Below, one piece after another: positions 16,415-25,426 of a stretch of DNA of 30,627 nucleotides. Positions within the stretch are counted from its first letter, which is position 1, and each line of letters starts with the position of its first letter. The DNA comes from Candidatus Thorarchaeota archaeon (lineage in GTDB: Archaea > Asgardarchaeota > Thorarchaeia > Thorarchaeales > Thorarchaeaceae): positions 1 through 30,627 of the forward strand of contig JAFGAR010000076.1 of the NCBI GenBank assembly GCA_016933575.1, read 5' to 3'. Under the pieces are notes generated by a model. That model saw nothing but the letters and a program-made list of their open reading frames with translations, was not told the origin of the DNA and did no database searches. A program made the translations under genes and the position numbers.

Positions 16415-17406
16415 ATTTCTCTCCTAGAGTGTATCTCTTGGAAAATCTGTTCCATAGCATCTCTCCAATTCCCGCTGAATGGTGGTCCAAGGACCACCTC
16501 CGTAGCTCCAAGAGTGTGTAATTGTTCAAATCTGTCTACTATCTGCTCTTTTGATCCTGAGATTGCAAATGTTTCAAGAAACTTGTCATTTACAAATTCC
16601 GCAGCAACCTTAGGCCCTGAGGATGCAACAGCTTCACATATCTTAGTTGCCCTTTCGATGTTAATGTCTAAAAGATCCAAGACTTGCCTTGGCGTATCTG
16701 CTACAACAAGAGCAACAACACTTTTTGCAAGTTTTTCATTACCCCCTTCGAATGTTGGAATGGTTGGCGACCATACCACTTTCTCAATAGAGTTCTTCTC
16801 TCTACCTACTTTCTCTGCAGTTTTGTCAACTAAATTAATGGCATACCGAATATATTCTGTTGGTCCGGATAGAATGACTCCATCTGCTATTTCACCTGCT
16901 AGTTTAAGCATTTGAGGTCCTCGTACACCGAAGAAAATGGGAATATTGACAGGTTCACTAACATGCAGGCAAAAATCCTGAAGCGAGAATAGTTCAGTCG
17001 CTTTGGATACCTTCTCTCCATGATAGAGTTGTCTCAATGCCTCTGTAACATCACGCAATGCACTTACTGGTTTTTTTACGTGGATGTTCCGTTTCAATAA
17101 ATCTTGGACCCCGCCAAGACCAACTCCGAGAATATATCTGCCTGCTCCAATCTCATGCAATGTCAAAGCCGCTCTAGCTATTGTTGAAACATTATGAACT
17201 GCAATTGGTATTATCCCAGTGCCCACCCTTACACCAACTGCTTTAGTCAGTAAATCCGCTACTATGACAGTTGTTTCCTGCCCAACATCAATGTCTTCTC
17301 CTACCCATATACCTTCTATCCCTAGGGCGTTAGCATTTTTTCCTATCCAGTTGGTTACACTCAGATTCATACTTGTTGTGACACCAACACTTGCTCTGTA
17401 CATCAC
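16411..17406 (-). CDS. LLM-class Mer-like oxidoreductase
   Basis: VGTGIIP, GRYILGVGLG, PIFFGVRGPQMLKLAGEIADGVIL and GATEVVLGPP. Confidence 0.88.
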   Translation of the reverse strand: MMYRASVGVTTSMNLSVTNWIGKNANALGIEGIWVGEDIDVGQETTVIVADLLTKAVGVRVGTGIIPIAVHNVSTIARAALTLHEIGAGRYILGVGLGGVQDLLKRNIHVKKPVSALRDVTEALRQLYHGEKVSKATELFSLQDFCLHVSEPVNIPIFFGVRGPQMLKLAGEIADGVILSGPTEYIRYAINLVDKTAEKVGREKNSIEKVVWSPTIPTFEGGNEKLAKSVVALVVADTPRQVLDLLDINIERATKICEAVASSGPKVAAEFVNDKFLETFAISGSKEQIVDRFEQLHTLGATEVVLGPPFSGNWRDAMEQIFQEIHSRREI

Positions 17407-17518
17407 AATTACCTACTACATACTGATCTTACGTCTGTATTCTCTCCTTTCAAATATTCGGATATACTACTCCACGCGTATGTATTTCTGCGATGGTGCA
17501 TATCGGTAAACGATTGCA

Positions 17519-18085
17519 TTGATTCGAATTGTATGGGGAATCACTGGTTCTGGCGATAGAATTCATGAGATACTTGATATTATGACTAATCTACACGAAG
17601 AGCAGAACGTCAAGATAACAGTGATACTTTCGAAAGCTGCGGAACAAGTGCTTCGCGGGTATAAACTATGGGAACTACTGCATAGCACATTCGACAAAGT
17701 GCTTCACGAACAAAATGCGAATGCTCCATTTATTGCTGGTTCTCTTCAGATAGGGAAATATGATCTTCTCGTTATTGCTCCTCTCACTGCTAATTCTACA
17801 GCTAAGATTGCTCATGGAATAGCTGACACACTTGTCACAAATGCTGTTGCTCAGACTCTGAAAGGAACTACTCCTGTTCTCCTATATCCAGTTGACCAGT
17901 CACTAGAACCGATTAGAACAATTGGACCTGATGGTATTGAATTTACGATACAACCCCGCGCTATTGATCTTGATAATGTTAATCGATTGCGAAATACCGA
18001 GAGACTTGTAATTGCAAATTCTCCATCTGAGATTGACACAGAAATACGTGTGATGTTAAATTCTAATCGAGGAAATCCTAGATGA
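17519..18085 (+). CDS. afpA: Archaeal flavoprotein AfpA-like (HFCD family)
   Basis: IVWGITGSG, GKYDLLVIAPLTANSTAKIAHGIADTLVTNAVAQ and PVD motifs. Confidence 0.82.
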   Translation: MIRIVWGITGSGDRIHEILDIMTNLHEEQNVKITVILSKAAEQVLRGYKLWELLHSTFDKVLHEQNANAPFIAGSLQIGKYDLLVIAPLTANSTAKIAHGIADTLVTNAVAQTLKGTTPVLLYPVDQSLEPIRTIGPDGIEFTIQPRAIDLDNVNRLRNTERLVIANSPSEIDTEIRVMLNSNRGNPR

Positions 18086-18738
18086 GTAATGTCCCCATTG
18101 AATCAAGAAAAGCGCAGTTTCGTCAATCTATTCTTGATTGGTTCAAGAAGAATGCTCGTGTCTATCCTTGGAGATCTACCAATGATCCCTATCATATACT
18201 GATTGCAGAGATGTTACTCAGGCGAACGACTGCTACTGCTGTATCCCGGGTCTATCCCAATTTCATAAAGATGTTTGATACCCCTGAAAAACTAGCAAGC
18301 TCGAAAATCTCGGATATTGAATCAGTGGTTGGAACACTTGGTCTTCAAGAAATGCGAGCAAAACACCTACATGATATGGCTAGAATAATAGTGACCAACT
18401 ATTCTGGAGTAATTCCAAATGATTTCAGTCAGTTAATAGAATTGCCCGGTGTTGGACGCTATGTTGCATCAGCTGTGCTCAACTTTGCTTTTGTTCAGCC
18501 TATCCCTCTTGTCGATGGGAACATCCAACACTTAATTTCACGCGTCTTTGACATTGCCTTCAAGAATTCCTCAGACCAACGTGTTTGGGATTTTATGGCC
18601 TCATTTGGAATCGAGGCGCAATGTACTGTGTTCTATTGGGGCATTATTGATCTAGTAGCATTGGTATGTCTACGAAAAACTCCACGATGCGGGATTTGTC
18701 CACTAGCTAGTTTCTGTAACTGGAGATACTCGTTATAA
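18082..18738 (+). CDS. HhH-GPD mismatch DNA glycosylase, MIG (T:G) type / short MutY-like
   Basis: YPWRST.DPY.ILIAEMLLRRTTA, LPGVGRY, VDGN and Cx6Cx2Cx5C; no MutY C-terminal domain. Confidence 0.85.
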   Translation: MSNVPIESRKAQFRQSILDWFKKNARVYPWRSTNDPYHILIAEMLLRRTTATAVSRVYPNFIKMFDTPEKLASSKISDIESVVGTLGLQEMRAKHLHDMARIIVTNYSGVIPNDFSQLIELPGVGRYVASAVLNFAFVQPIPLVDGNIQHLISRVFDIAFKNSSDQRVWDFMASFGIEAQCTVFYWGIIDLVALVCLRKTPRCGICPLASFCNWRYSL

Positions 18739-18781
18739 CATAGTAATGTGACCCGCCTTTGATAATTACGAATATGTCTAA

Positions 18782-19159
18782 TCAGTCTAAATCTGGAATT
18801 GGTATTTCGACTGCGAATTTTTGACCACATGGACAATCAGCACTGATTGGATATGTACTTGGTGTATCTATACTAATGGTCGCGCCTTGCATAGCAGCCT
18901 TGTCAATCATTGTCTGCATATTATGAACCATATATTTGGCAAATCCCTGAACAAGAGCTGGAATTGACATATCATCAATCCAATAGATGAACCTGGAGCA
19001 ATTCGGACAATGGCTGATAAGAACCCGGGTGCCATCGCCGCAATTTCTACATTGAACATCAGTATGATGAAATTCCGGAGCATTTGGGCATGGCAGTGTC
19101 AGTTCATTTTTGGTTCCACACCGATAGCAGAAATACTGGAAATTGATGTTTTCTGTCAT
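18782..19159 (-). CDS. Multi-CxxC zinc-ribbon protein
   Basis: From ATG 19159 (125 aa): CYRC, CRNC, CPNC and CPCG. Confidence 0.75.
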   Translation of the reverse strand: MTENINFQYFCYRCGTKNELTLPCPNAPEFHHTDVQCRNCGDGTRVLISHCPNCSRFIYWIDDMSIPALVQGFAKYMVHNMQTMIDKAAMQGATISIDTPSTYPISADCPCGQKFAVEIPIPDLD

Positions 19160-19341
19160 TAGAATCAAGGCGAATGAATAGAATTTCCCAATAAATCTCT
19201 TTGTCACATTGACTAATTGAAAACGAGGATTTCTAGAAATTGGGGAGCTAATAAGGACAGTACTATACAATATTGAGGATGCGATGACTTATGCTAGTAG
19301 AACGATCTAACTTCAAATTACTCTCTCTCCTCCTTGTTTTC

Positions 19342-19485
19342 TTGAGTGAGAACTATGAATCCAGTCAGAATCACTGTAGCATATGTAACTCAACTAATCC
19401 TGATTTTGGTAAGACCTTTTTAGTAAATGGAAGCTGGATTTGTGTTCAGTGCATCCTTCGAAGAATCGAAACAAATTATTGTTGA
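19342..19485 (+). CDS. Small C4 zinc-finger protein
   Basis: CSIC...WICVQCI; likely TTG start at 19342 (ORF track start 19291). Confidence 0.5.
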   Translation: MSENYESSQNHCSICNSTNPDFGKTFLVNGSWICVQCILRRIETNYC

Positions 19486-19541
19486 TAATACATCATCAAA
19501 GCCAACAGTGAAAAGAGAGTATTCCATACTTTTACTACTAG

Positions 19542-20315
19542 GTGAGTTCCTTGAAGACAAGAGTTCAACCACATCTAAGAGTTGGAGAAGGTGATGTAGA
19601 GCGTTTTGTAATCATTACAGGCAATCCTGATCGGGTTCCAGTAATTGCTTCCAAGATGAAGGACCCCGAGGAACGTGCTCGTTATAGAGGTCTTGTGACC
19701 TATCATGCCTACACCCCGAAAGGAAATCCCGTCACAATTTCAGGCACGGGGATGGGTGTCGCTTCAACTCACATCTGCATAGAAGAATTAGCAAATCTGG
19801 GCGCGAAAGCAATCCTTAGACTTGGTAGTTGCGGTGGTATTGATCCAAAGGTGATCACTGGAGATGTTGTTGTGCCTACTGCATGTGTCCGGGATGAACG
19901 CGCCAGTCTCAATTATGCCCCAATTGAATATCCTGCTGTAGCGTCTCCTGTATGGTTCCTGACACTTCATGAAGAAATCTCAAAGATGCTCCCTGCAGAT
20001 AGAGTACATGCAGGAATTTGTCTTACGACTGATATCTACTACACTAATCCTGCCTATGATAAATTGGACCTGTGGACCCGTGCTAGAGTGAAGTGTGTTG
20101 AGATGGAAAGTTCTCTGGTGTTTACTTTTGCTTCAACACGCGGTCTTGATGCGGCCTCTATTCTATCTTGTGATGGAAATCTTCATGGAGCTCAGAAAGG
20201 CGAGCAGAAAGACGAATCGGAAAAGAGTGGCGAACAAGATCCTCTAATAATCGAAGCAATTGAGAAGACAGTACTAGCCACAATTTCATCAATCGATCGT
20301 ATCTCCGATGCATAA
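19542..20315 (+). CDS. Nucleoside phosphorylase (uridine phosphorylase-like, PNP/UDP family)
   Basis: QPHL, GNPDRV, GTGMGVAS, RLGSCGG, RDE and VEMES motifs. Confidence 0.9.
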   Translation: MSSLKTRVQPHLRVGEGDVERFVIITGNPDRVPVIASKMKDPEERARYRGLVTYHAYTPKGNPVTISGTGMGVASTHICIEELANLGAKAILRLGSCGGIDPKVITGDVVVPTACVRDERASLNYAPIEYPAVASPVWFLTLHEEISKMLPADRVHAGICLTTDIYYTNPAYDKLDLWTRARVKCVEMESSLVFTFASTRGLDAASILSCDGNLHGAQKGEQKDESEKSGEQDPLIIEAIEKTVLATISSIDRISDA

Positions 20316-20374
20316 TCTAGGCAAAAGCAACACATTGTTATCGAAGTAGTGATGTATTATTACAGGCGCTAGAG

Positions 20375-21022
20375 ATGTCATCTGATAACACTCAAGATTC
20401 TGTTTCATCTGCGACGAGATCATACTTGATAATGAAGGCCGAGTCTAAGGAAGCTCTCAAGCTTGCAGAAGAGTGGTGGAGTGAAAAGGAGATACCCAGT
20501 TACGTCAAGATATCCACTCTAAATATGGATGACATTGAGGAATTCGTCGACCTCTATAATCGATGTTTCTTGGCCTCTCCCGATCCTTTCTGCCCCCTTA
20601 CTTCCGAGGAAGCATTGAAACTCGATACAGAGGGTATTTTTATTGCAAAGCTTGCTGGAAAAATGGCAGGATTCATTGCATGTTTCGTTGAGAAGAAAAC
20701 TGAGTCAATATATGGTGAAATTACTGGAATCGGAGTTCTCCCCAACCGAAGAAGAAAGGGTGTCGCTACAGCTCTGATTAAACGGGCAACACAATACTTC
20801 CTTGATTCTGGAGCCGAAGAAGTATATTGTGAGGTCTATGAGGAGAATATCCCATCACAGATGTTGATTATGACCTACGGTTTCAAAGAGGCAGGTCGAC
20901 GAGAAGTCCCTCTACAGCCTTCTTCAACGTCCAAGTCCGGATTTGATTTGCCTGGTGGAAAAATCATGAGAAGACTTGGCCTAAGACCTCGCACGGGCTG
21001 TGAAACTTGTCGTGATATCTGA
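20375..21022 (+). CDS. GNAT N-acetyltransferase with C-terminal CxxC tail
   Basis: Acetyl-CoA motif IGVLPNRRRKGVATALI, VYEENIPS and YGF; ends GCETCRDI. Confidence 0.88.
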   Translation: MSSDNTQDSVSSATRSYLIMKAESKEALKLAEEWWSEKEIPSYVKISTLNMDDIEEFVDLYNRCFLASPDPFCPLTSEEALKLDTEGIFIAKLAGKMAGFIACFVEKKTESIYGEITGIGVLPNRRRKGVATALIKRATQYFLDSGAEEVYCEVYEENIPSQMLIMTYGFKEAGRREVPLQPSSTSKSGFDLPGGKIMRRLGLRPRTGCETCRDI

Positions 21023-21071
21023 GTAAGGATTGAACACATTTTTAGACCGGGGACTCTATTCTTAGAATGCA

Positions 21072-22172
21072 ATGTTTGACTCTGAGGTTGAAAGCAGTAG
21101 TTTTTCTGGGTCGCCTAGACGAATCACCTTCAGACAATTCAAGAAAGTTAACAATCCTCATTCAATACATGGTATCTATCCATATAGGGGAAAGATGTCA
21201 TCGCTTGATGCTGCGCATGTAATTGCGCAACTGCCTTGTGGTTCACGGTTGTTAGATCCATTCTGTGGCACTGGAACCATTATCTATGAAGCACAACTGA
21301 GAGGTCTTCGAGCAGTTGGCGTTGATAACAATCCTCTGGCGTGTGTTATTGCCAAGGGGAAAACAGAACCTCTTGATAGAGAAGAAACATTAGCCCGTCT
21401 TGAAGAGACAATCGCAGAAGCTAGAGCTCTTTCAACTACTAAAAGTATGAATGATGCTGCACGCAAGTATTTCCACAACGTGACTGCTGATCAGATTATG
21501 CGTGTTCTTAGATGTTCTTCAGAGTTCTCACCTTTTCTTCTTGCTACGTTTTATGGTTCAATATGTCTTGCAGCTAGAGCATGTAACAATTGGTTATGGA
21601 CCTCGACATCAATAGGTCGGATTAACAAGCCTCTGAGAAAGGTGAACTTCTACTCAGTGCTTCAACGAAAGGCACGAAAGCACATTGACCACATCATCGG
21701 AAATCCTCCTGTTACCATCCACAAACATGATACTCGTCAAATCCAGATGATTCTTCCGAGGAGTTCTGTTGATATCGTTTATACAAGTCCACCGTATTTT
21801 GATGCTCTTGACTACACAGGTTACTATACAAAAATAGTCATGGATATACTAGGTACTGATAGATCGAGTGTTCGTGATGGTCTGATACAGAGATACGCGT
21901 CGTACAAGGAAGAGATGTGGAATGCACTATATGCAATCGATAAGGTTGTCCATGATGAATCCCTGATCATCTTTGTTGTTGGTGACCGTATGGTTCGAAA
22001 GAAATTGATTCGTGGATCCGATCTTTTTTCAGAGATAGCCCCTTGGGCGAATCCGTGTATCATTGAGAGAGAATATACTAAGACCGCAAGTGGATTGTGG
22101 GATACAATCAACACGACCCGCCGTAAAGAACAGGTAATAATATGGGACCTTGCAGCCGGGGGTCGTAAATAG
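21072..22172 (+). CDS. Amino-DNA methyltransferase (probable N4-cytosine; motif I before motif IV)
   Basis: HGIYPYRGK, LLDPFCGTGT, then YTSPPYF. Confidence 0.85.
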   Translation: MFDSEVESSSFSGSPRRITFRQFKKVNNPHSIHGIYPYRGKMSSLDAAHVIAQLPCGSRLLDPFCGTGTIIYEAQLRGLRAVGVDNNPLACVIAKGKTEPLDREETLARLEETIAEARALSTTKSMNDAARKYFHNVTADQIMRVLRCSSEFSPFLLATFYGSICLAARACNNWLWTSTSIGRINKPLRKVNFYSVLQRKARKHIDHIIGNPPVTIHKHDTRQIQMILPRSSVDIVYTSPPYFDALDYTGYYTKIVMDILGTDRSSVRDGLIQRYASYKEEMWNALYAIDKVVHDESLIIFVVGDRMVRKKLIRGSDLFSEIAPWANPCIIEREYTKTASGLWDTINTTRRKEQVIIWDLAAGGRK

Positions 22173-22173
22173 A

Positions 22174-23004
22174 TTGACAAGACACCTAGTTGTCTTTGGT
22201 GACAGTCGACATATGGACTTGGTACCTGATGAATCCGTACATCTAATCGTTACATCGCCTCCTTATTGGCGACTCAAAGATTATGGCAACACCGATGCTA
22301 TTGGTCAAAATGCATCATCATATGAAGGATATCTCAATTCCCTCTACGATGTATTTAGAGAATGCGTGAGAACTCTTGTGCCAGATGGAAAGCTTATAGT
22401 GAACATTATGCCAATTCTACTCCCTGGTACTACTTCGAGATATAAACGGCGTGTAACCAAGACAGTACTTACAGACTTTGAGGATTTCATGAACTCGTTA
22501 GGGAATATGTATTTTCATTCCTTGTATATCTGGGATAAGAGAAAGGCCGTTCGATTCAGTTCATGGGGATCGTATCCATATCCCCCAAATCTGTTGGCTA
22601 CCTATCCCTACGAATGGATAATGGTATTTTCTAAGATCGGTAAACGACCTCGAGTAGACAAGAAACGAAAAGAGGCCTCTACAATAACTCATGATGAATT
22701 CACAAATTGGGTTCAGAATTCTATTTGGGACTTCCAACCAGCCTCTGCAAAACAAGAACAACACCCAGCTCCCTTTCCAGAGGAGCTACCACGAAGATGC
22801 ATCCGCCTCTATTCATTCGTTGGTGATACAGTTCTCGATCCCTTTGCAGGGAGTGGTACAACTCTACGTGTTGCACAAGAACTTGACCGCAACTCAATAG
22901 GATACGAAATAAACCCAGACTACGAACGAATTATTCGTGAGAAAATAGGTGCAAATGACCCTGAAAATGATTCTACCTTTGAATTTTCATTCAGTAAAAG
23001 CTAA
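22174..23004 (+). CDS. Beta-class amino-DNA methyltransferase (N4-C/N6-A)
   Basis: VTSPPYW precedes HPAPFPEELP and VLDPFAGSGTT; TTG start at 22174, one base after the upstream stop. Confidence 0.9.
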   Translation: MTRHLVVFGDSRHMDLVPDESVHLIVTSPPYWRLKDYGNTDAIGQNASSYEGYLNSLYDVFRECVRTLVPDGKLIVNIMPILLPGTTSRYKRRVTKTVLTDFEDFMNSLGNMYFHSLYIWDKRKAVRFSSWGSYPYPPNLLATYPYEWIMVFSKIGKRPRVDKKRKEASTITHDEFTNWVQNSIWDFQPASAKQEQHPAPFPEELPRRCIRLYSFVGDTVLDPFAGSGTTLRVAQELDRNSIGYEINPDYERIIREKIGANDPENDSTFEFSFSKS

Positions 23005-23097
23005 AACTCATTAATGTTCAATCCCCTCAATGAATGTCGTGTTTCATGGTCCTAATCAGTTCCTGTTACAGATTGGTTCCATTGGAGGATTATCAGA

Positions 23098-24321
23098 TTG
23101 GTCATTTATGACGTAATCGTAGTTGGTGCTGGTCCTGCAGGGGGAATAGCAGCTTATGAATGTGCAAAGAAGGGTCTAACGACACTTCTACTGGAAAAAT
23201 GTTCTATTCCTCGGGAGAAAGCATGCGGCGGAGCTGTGATGTACCGAGGAATTAAGATACTTCAAGGTAGAATTCCCAAAGATGTCATAGAACAGAAAAT
23301 CTATGGCTTACGCTTTGTCTTTCCCAATCAGATCCAATCTGAGTTCATTTCTGACAGAATGATTGGAATCACAGTGTCCCGTGATAGATTCGACTCCTAT
23401 CTATCCGACCGAGCCGTTGATTCTGGAGTTGAATTATTCGAGAATGCACGAGTTGTGCATGCATCCACATCTGAAGACCATGCATCAGTTGAACTTCATG
23501 ATGGTCATGAGTACAAATCTAGATTTCTTATCGGTGCTGATGGTGTTAACTCTGTAATTAGTCGCTCACTTGGTCTACGTTCTCAACGAAAAGATCTTAC
23601 ATTGGTTGGACTTGGGATGGAATCTGATTTTCATGTAGGATATGAAGGTGTATTAAGAGCAACCAACAACAACCCCTCAGTCCTCGAGATAATTCCTGAC
23701 GAATCAAGAATCAGTTATGGGTGGGTCTTTCCTAAGAGGGAGAAACTGGCTATTGGTGTTGCAGGGTCCGGAGTTCATATGAGAAATCTCCGAGCCACCT
23801 TTGACCATTTTCATAAGAAAATGGAAGCGCGTCTTGGCGTGCCACTCAAACTTGAAAAACGACGAACATGTTTTCTTGGTGGTGATGGTCTTCATTGCAA
23901 GAATGTCACAAATCGGGCGATACTTGTTGGGGATGCGGCTGGTTTTGTTGATCCAATGATGGGTGAAGGTATTGCTTATGCAATGCAATCTGGGATTTTT
24001 GCAGCTGATGTCATCGAAGAGGCTATGGCAGATGAGAAGTATGATGAAACAACATTGTCAAAATATCAAAATCTTTGCCAGAATGAATTCTCTGCCAATT
24101 TTGAGATGGCCGCTTGGGCAGGTTCCCTAGGGACTTCATTCGCTGAAAAAATCCTATCAAAAGCAAATGGGTATAGGTTCGCAGCGGATATTATGGCTAT
24201 GGTCGCTCGCGGAGATATTGGCTACTCAGCCATCCCATATGTTATCTTAAAGAAACTTCCAAGTGAATTACCAAACATTATCCGTCATATTGTTTACCAA
24301 AGAACAGTGCCTCCGAGCTGA
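23098..24321 (+). CDS. Geranylgeranyl reductase family FAD oxidoreductase
   Basis: YDVIVVGAGPAG, PREKACGG, IGADG, YGWVFPK and GDAAGFVDPMMGEGI; SD GGAGG upstream. Confidence 0.92.
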   Translation: MVIYDVIVVGAGPAGGIAAYECAKKGLTTLLLEKCSIPREKACGGAVMYRGIKILQGRIPKDVIEQKIYGLRFVFPNQIQSEFISDRMIGITVSRDRFDSYLSDRAVDSGVELFENARVVHASTSEDHASVELHDGHEYKSRFLIGADGVNSVISRSLGLRSQRKDLTLVGLGMESDFHVGYEGVLRATNNNPSVLEIIPDESRISYGWVFPKREKLAIGVAGSGVHMRNLRATFDHFHKKMEARLGVPLKLEKRRTCFLGGDGLHCKNVTNRAILVGDAAGFVDPMMGEGIAYAMQSGIFAADVIEEAMADEKYDETTLSKYQNLCQNEFSANFEMAAWAGSLGTSFAEKILSKANGYRFAADIMAMVARGDIGYSAIPYVILKKLPSELPNIIRHIVYQRTVPPS

Positions 24322-24343
24322 AAACCTTCTTAGGTAGTTACCC

Positions 24344-25366
24344 ATGACAAATACATCGATGAGAGTTCTATCACCTGCTGCAATTGTCCTATTGGTCCTA
24401 TCATTCTCAATATTATCTGTGACTGGACAGATCACTCATGTCCCACTCTTTGATGGTGAGAATGCCTATACCTATCTCGTAGATCAATGTGATTTTGGTC
24501 CTCGCCCACCTGGTTCTGAAAACCTCAGTCTATGTGCGGGATATATCGCAGTAACTCTCGAATCCTTTGGATGGAATATCACCTACCAGAACTTCACATA
24601 TCAAGAAACAGCGTGCTCAAACCTAATCGCCACCTGGAATGCAACAGAGAATGCATCACTGGTCTTTGGGGCGCATTATGATACTCGGCCAGAAGCCACA
24701 TCCGACCCTGACCCTCTGAACAGGACTAAGCCTATACTAGGAGCAAACGATGGCGCCAGTGGGACTGCAGTTCTGATAGAACTAGCACGTATCTTGTCAG
24801 AATCTATCCGTTCCTCGGTAGAATTTGTATTTTTTGATGCAGAAGACTCTGGCGGAATAGCTGGATGGAGTTGGATTCAAGGATCTACCTATTATGTATC
24901 TCAGCTTGATAGTGAACGTGTAGACTCAATTGATGCTATGGTTCTTGTTGACATGGTGGGAGATGCAGAATTGCAACTTCCTCGTGAAAGTACTTCTACC
25001 AGATCATTACAAAACACGATTTGGTCTATCGCAAACCAGATGGGCTATAGTGAAACTTTTCTATCGACAAACGGCGGTAGCATTCTTGACGACCATCGTC
25101 CTTTCCTTGATGCAGGTATTGCAGCTGTTGATATCATTCATACACCCTTTCCTTGGTACTGGCATACCCTTGAAGATACTCCTGACAAGTGCAGTGCTGA
25201 AAGTCTAAGCAAAGTTGGTGAAGTCTTAGAAGTATTCATTGTTGAGAATGCTAACACCGATGGTACGTTTCCGTTGGACACACCCTATCTCATCTACATC
25301 GGTATAATTGTAGCAATATCGTTGCCAATCATTGTTGCATTCTATTACTATAGAAAACGTTATTGA
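24344..25366 (+). CDS. M28 family peptidase / glutaminyl cyclase-like, secreted and C-terminally anchored
   Basis: Signal peptide; GAHYDTR, GANDGASG, FFDAED, DMVG, DDHRPF and WHTLEDT; C-terminal TM helix plus RKR. Confidence 0.88.
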   Translation: MTNTSMRVLSPAAIVLLVLSFSILSVTGQITHVPLFDGENAYTYLVDQCDFGPRPPGSENLSLCAGYIAVTLESFGWNITYQNFTYQETACSNLIATWNATENASLVFGAHYDTRPEATSDPDPLNRTKPILGANDGASGTAVLIELARILSESIRSSVEFVFFDAEDSGGIAGWSWIQGSTYYVSQLDSERVDSIDAMVLVDMVGDAELQLPRESTSTRSLQNTIWSIANQMGYSETFLSTNGGSILDDHRPFLDAGIAAVDIIHTPFPWYWHTLEDTPDKCSAESLSKVGEVLEVFIVENANTDGTFPLDTPYLIYIGIIVAISLPIIVAFYYYRKRY

Positions 25367-25426
25367 ATGTTACAAGCTTTTTAAACAGCGATTACATCTA
25401 TCTAGGTGGGTCTTCTATTGCGGTGA

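Noticed and set aside
16259-16915. 218-aa plus-strand ORF and similar long antisense ORFs (4073..4570, 9790..10221, 10757..11203)
   Set aside because: Antisense shadows of well-supported genes.
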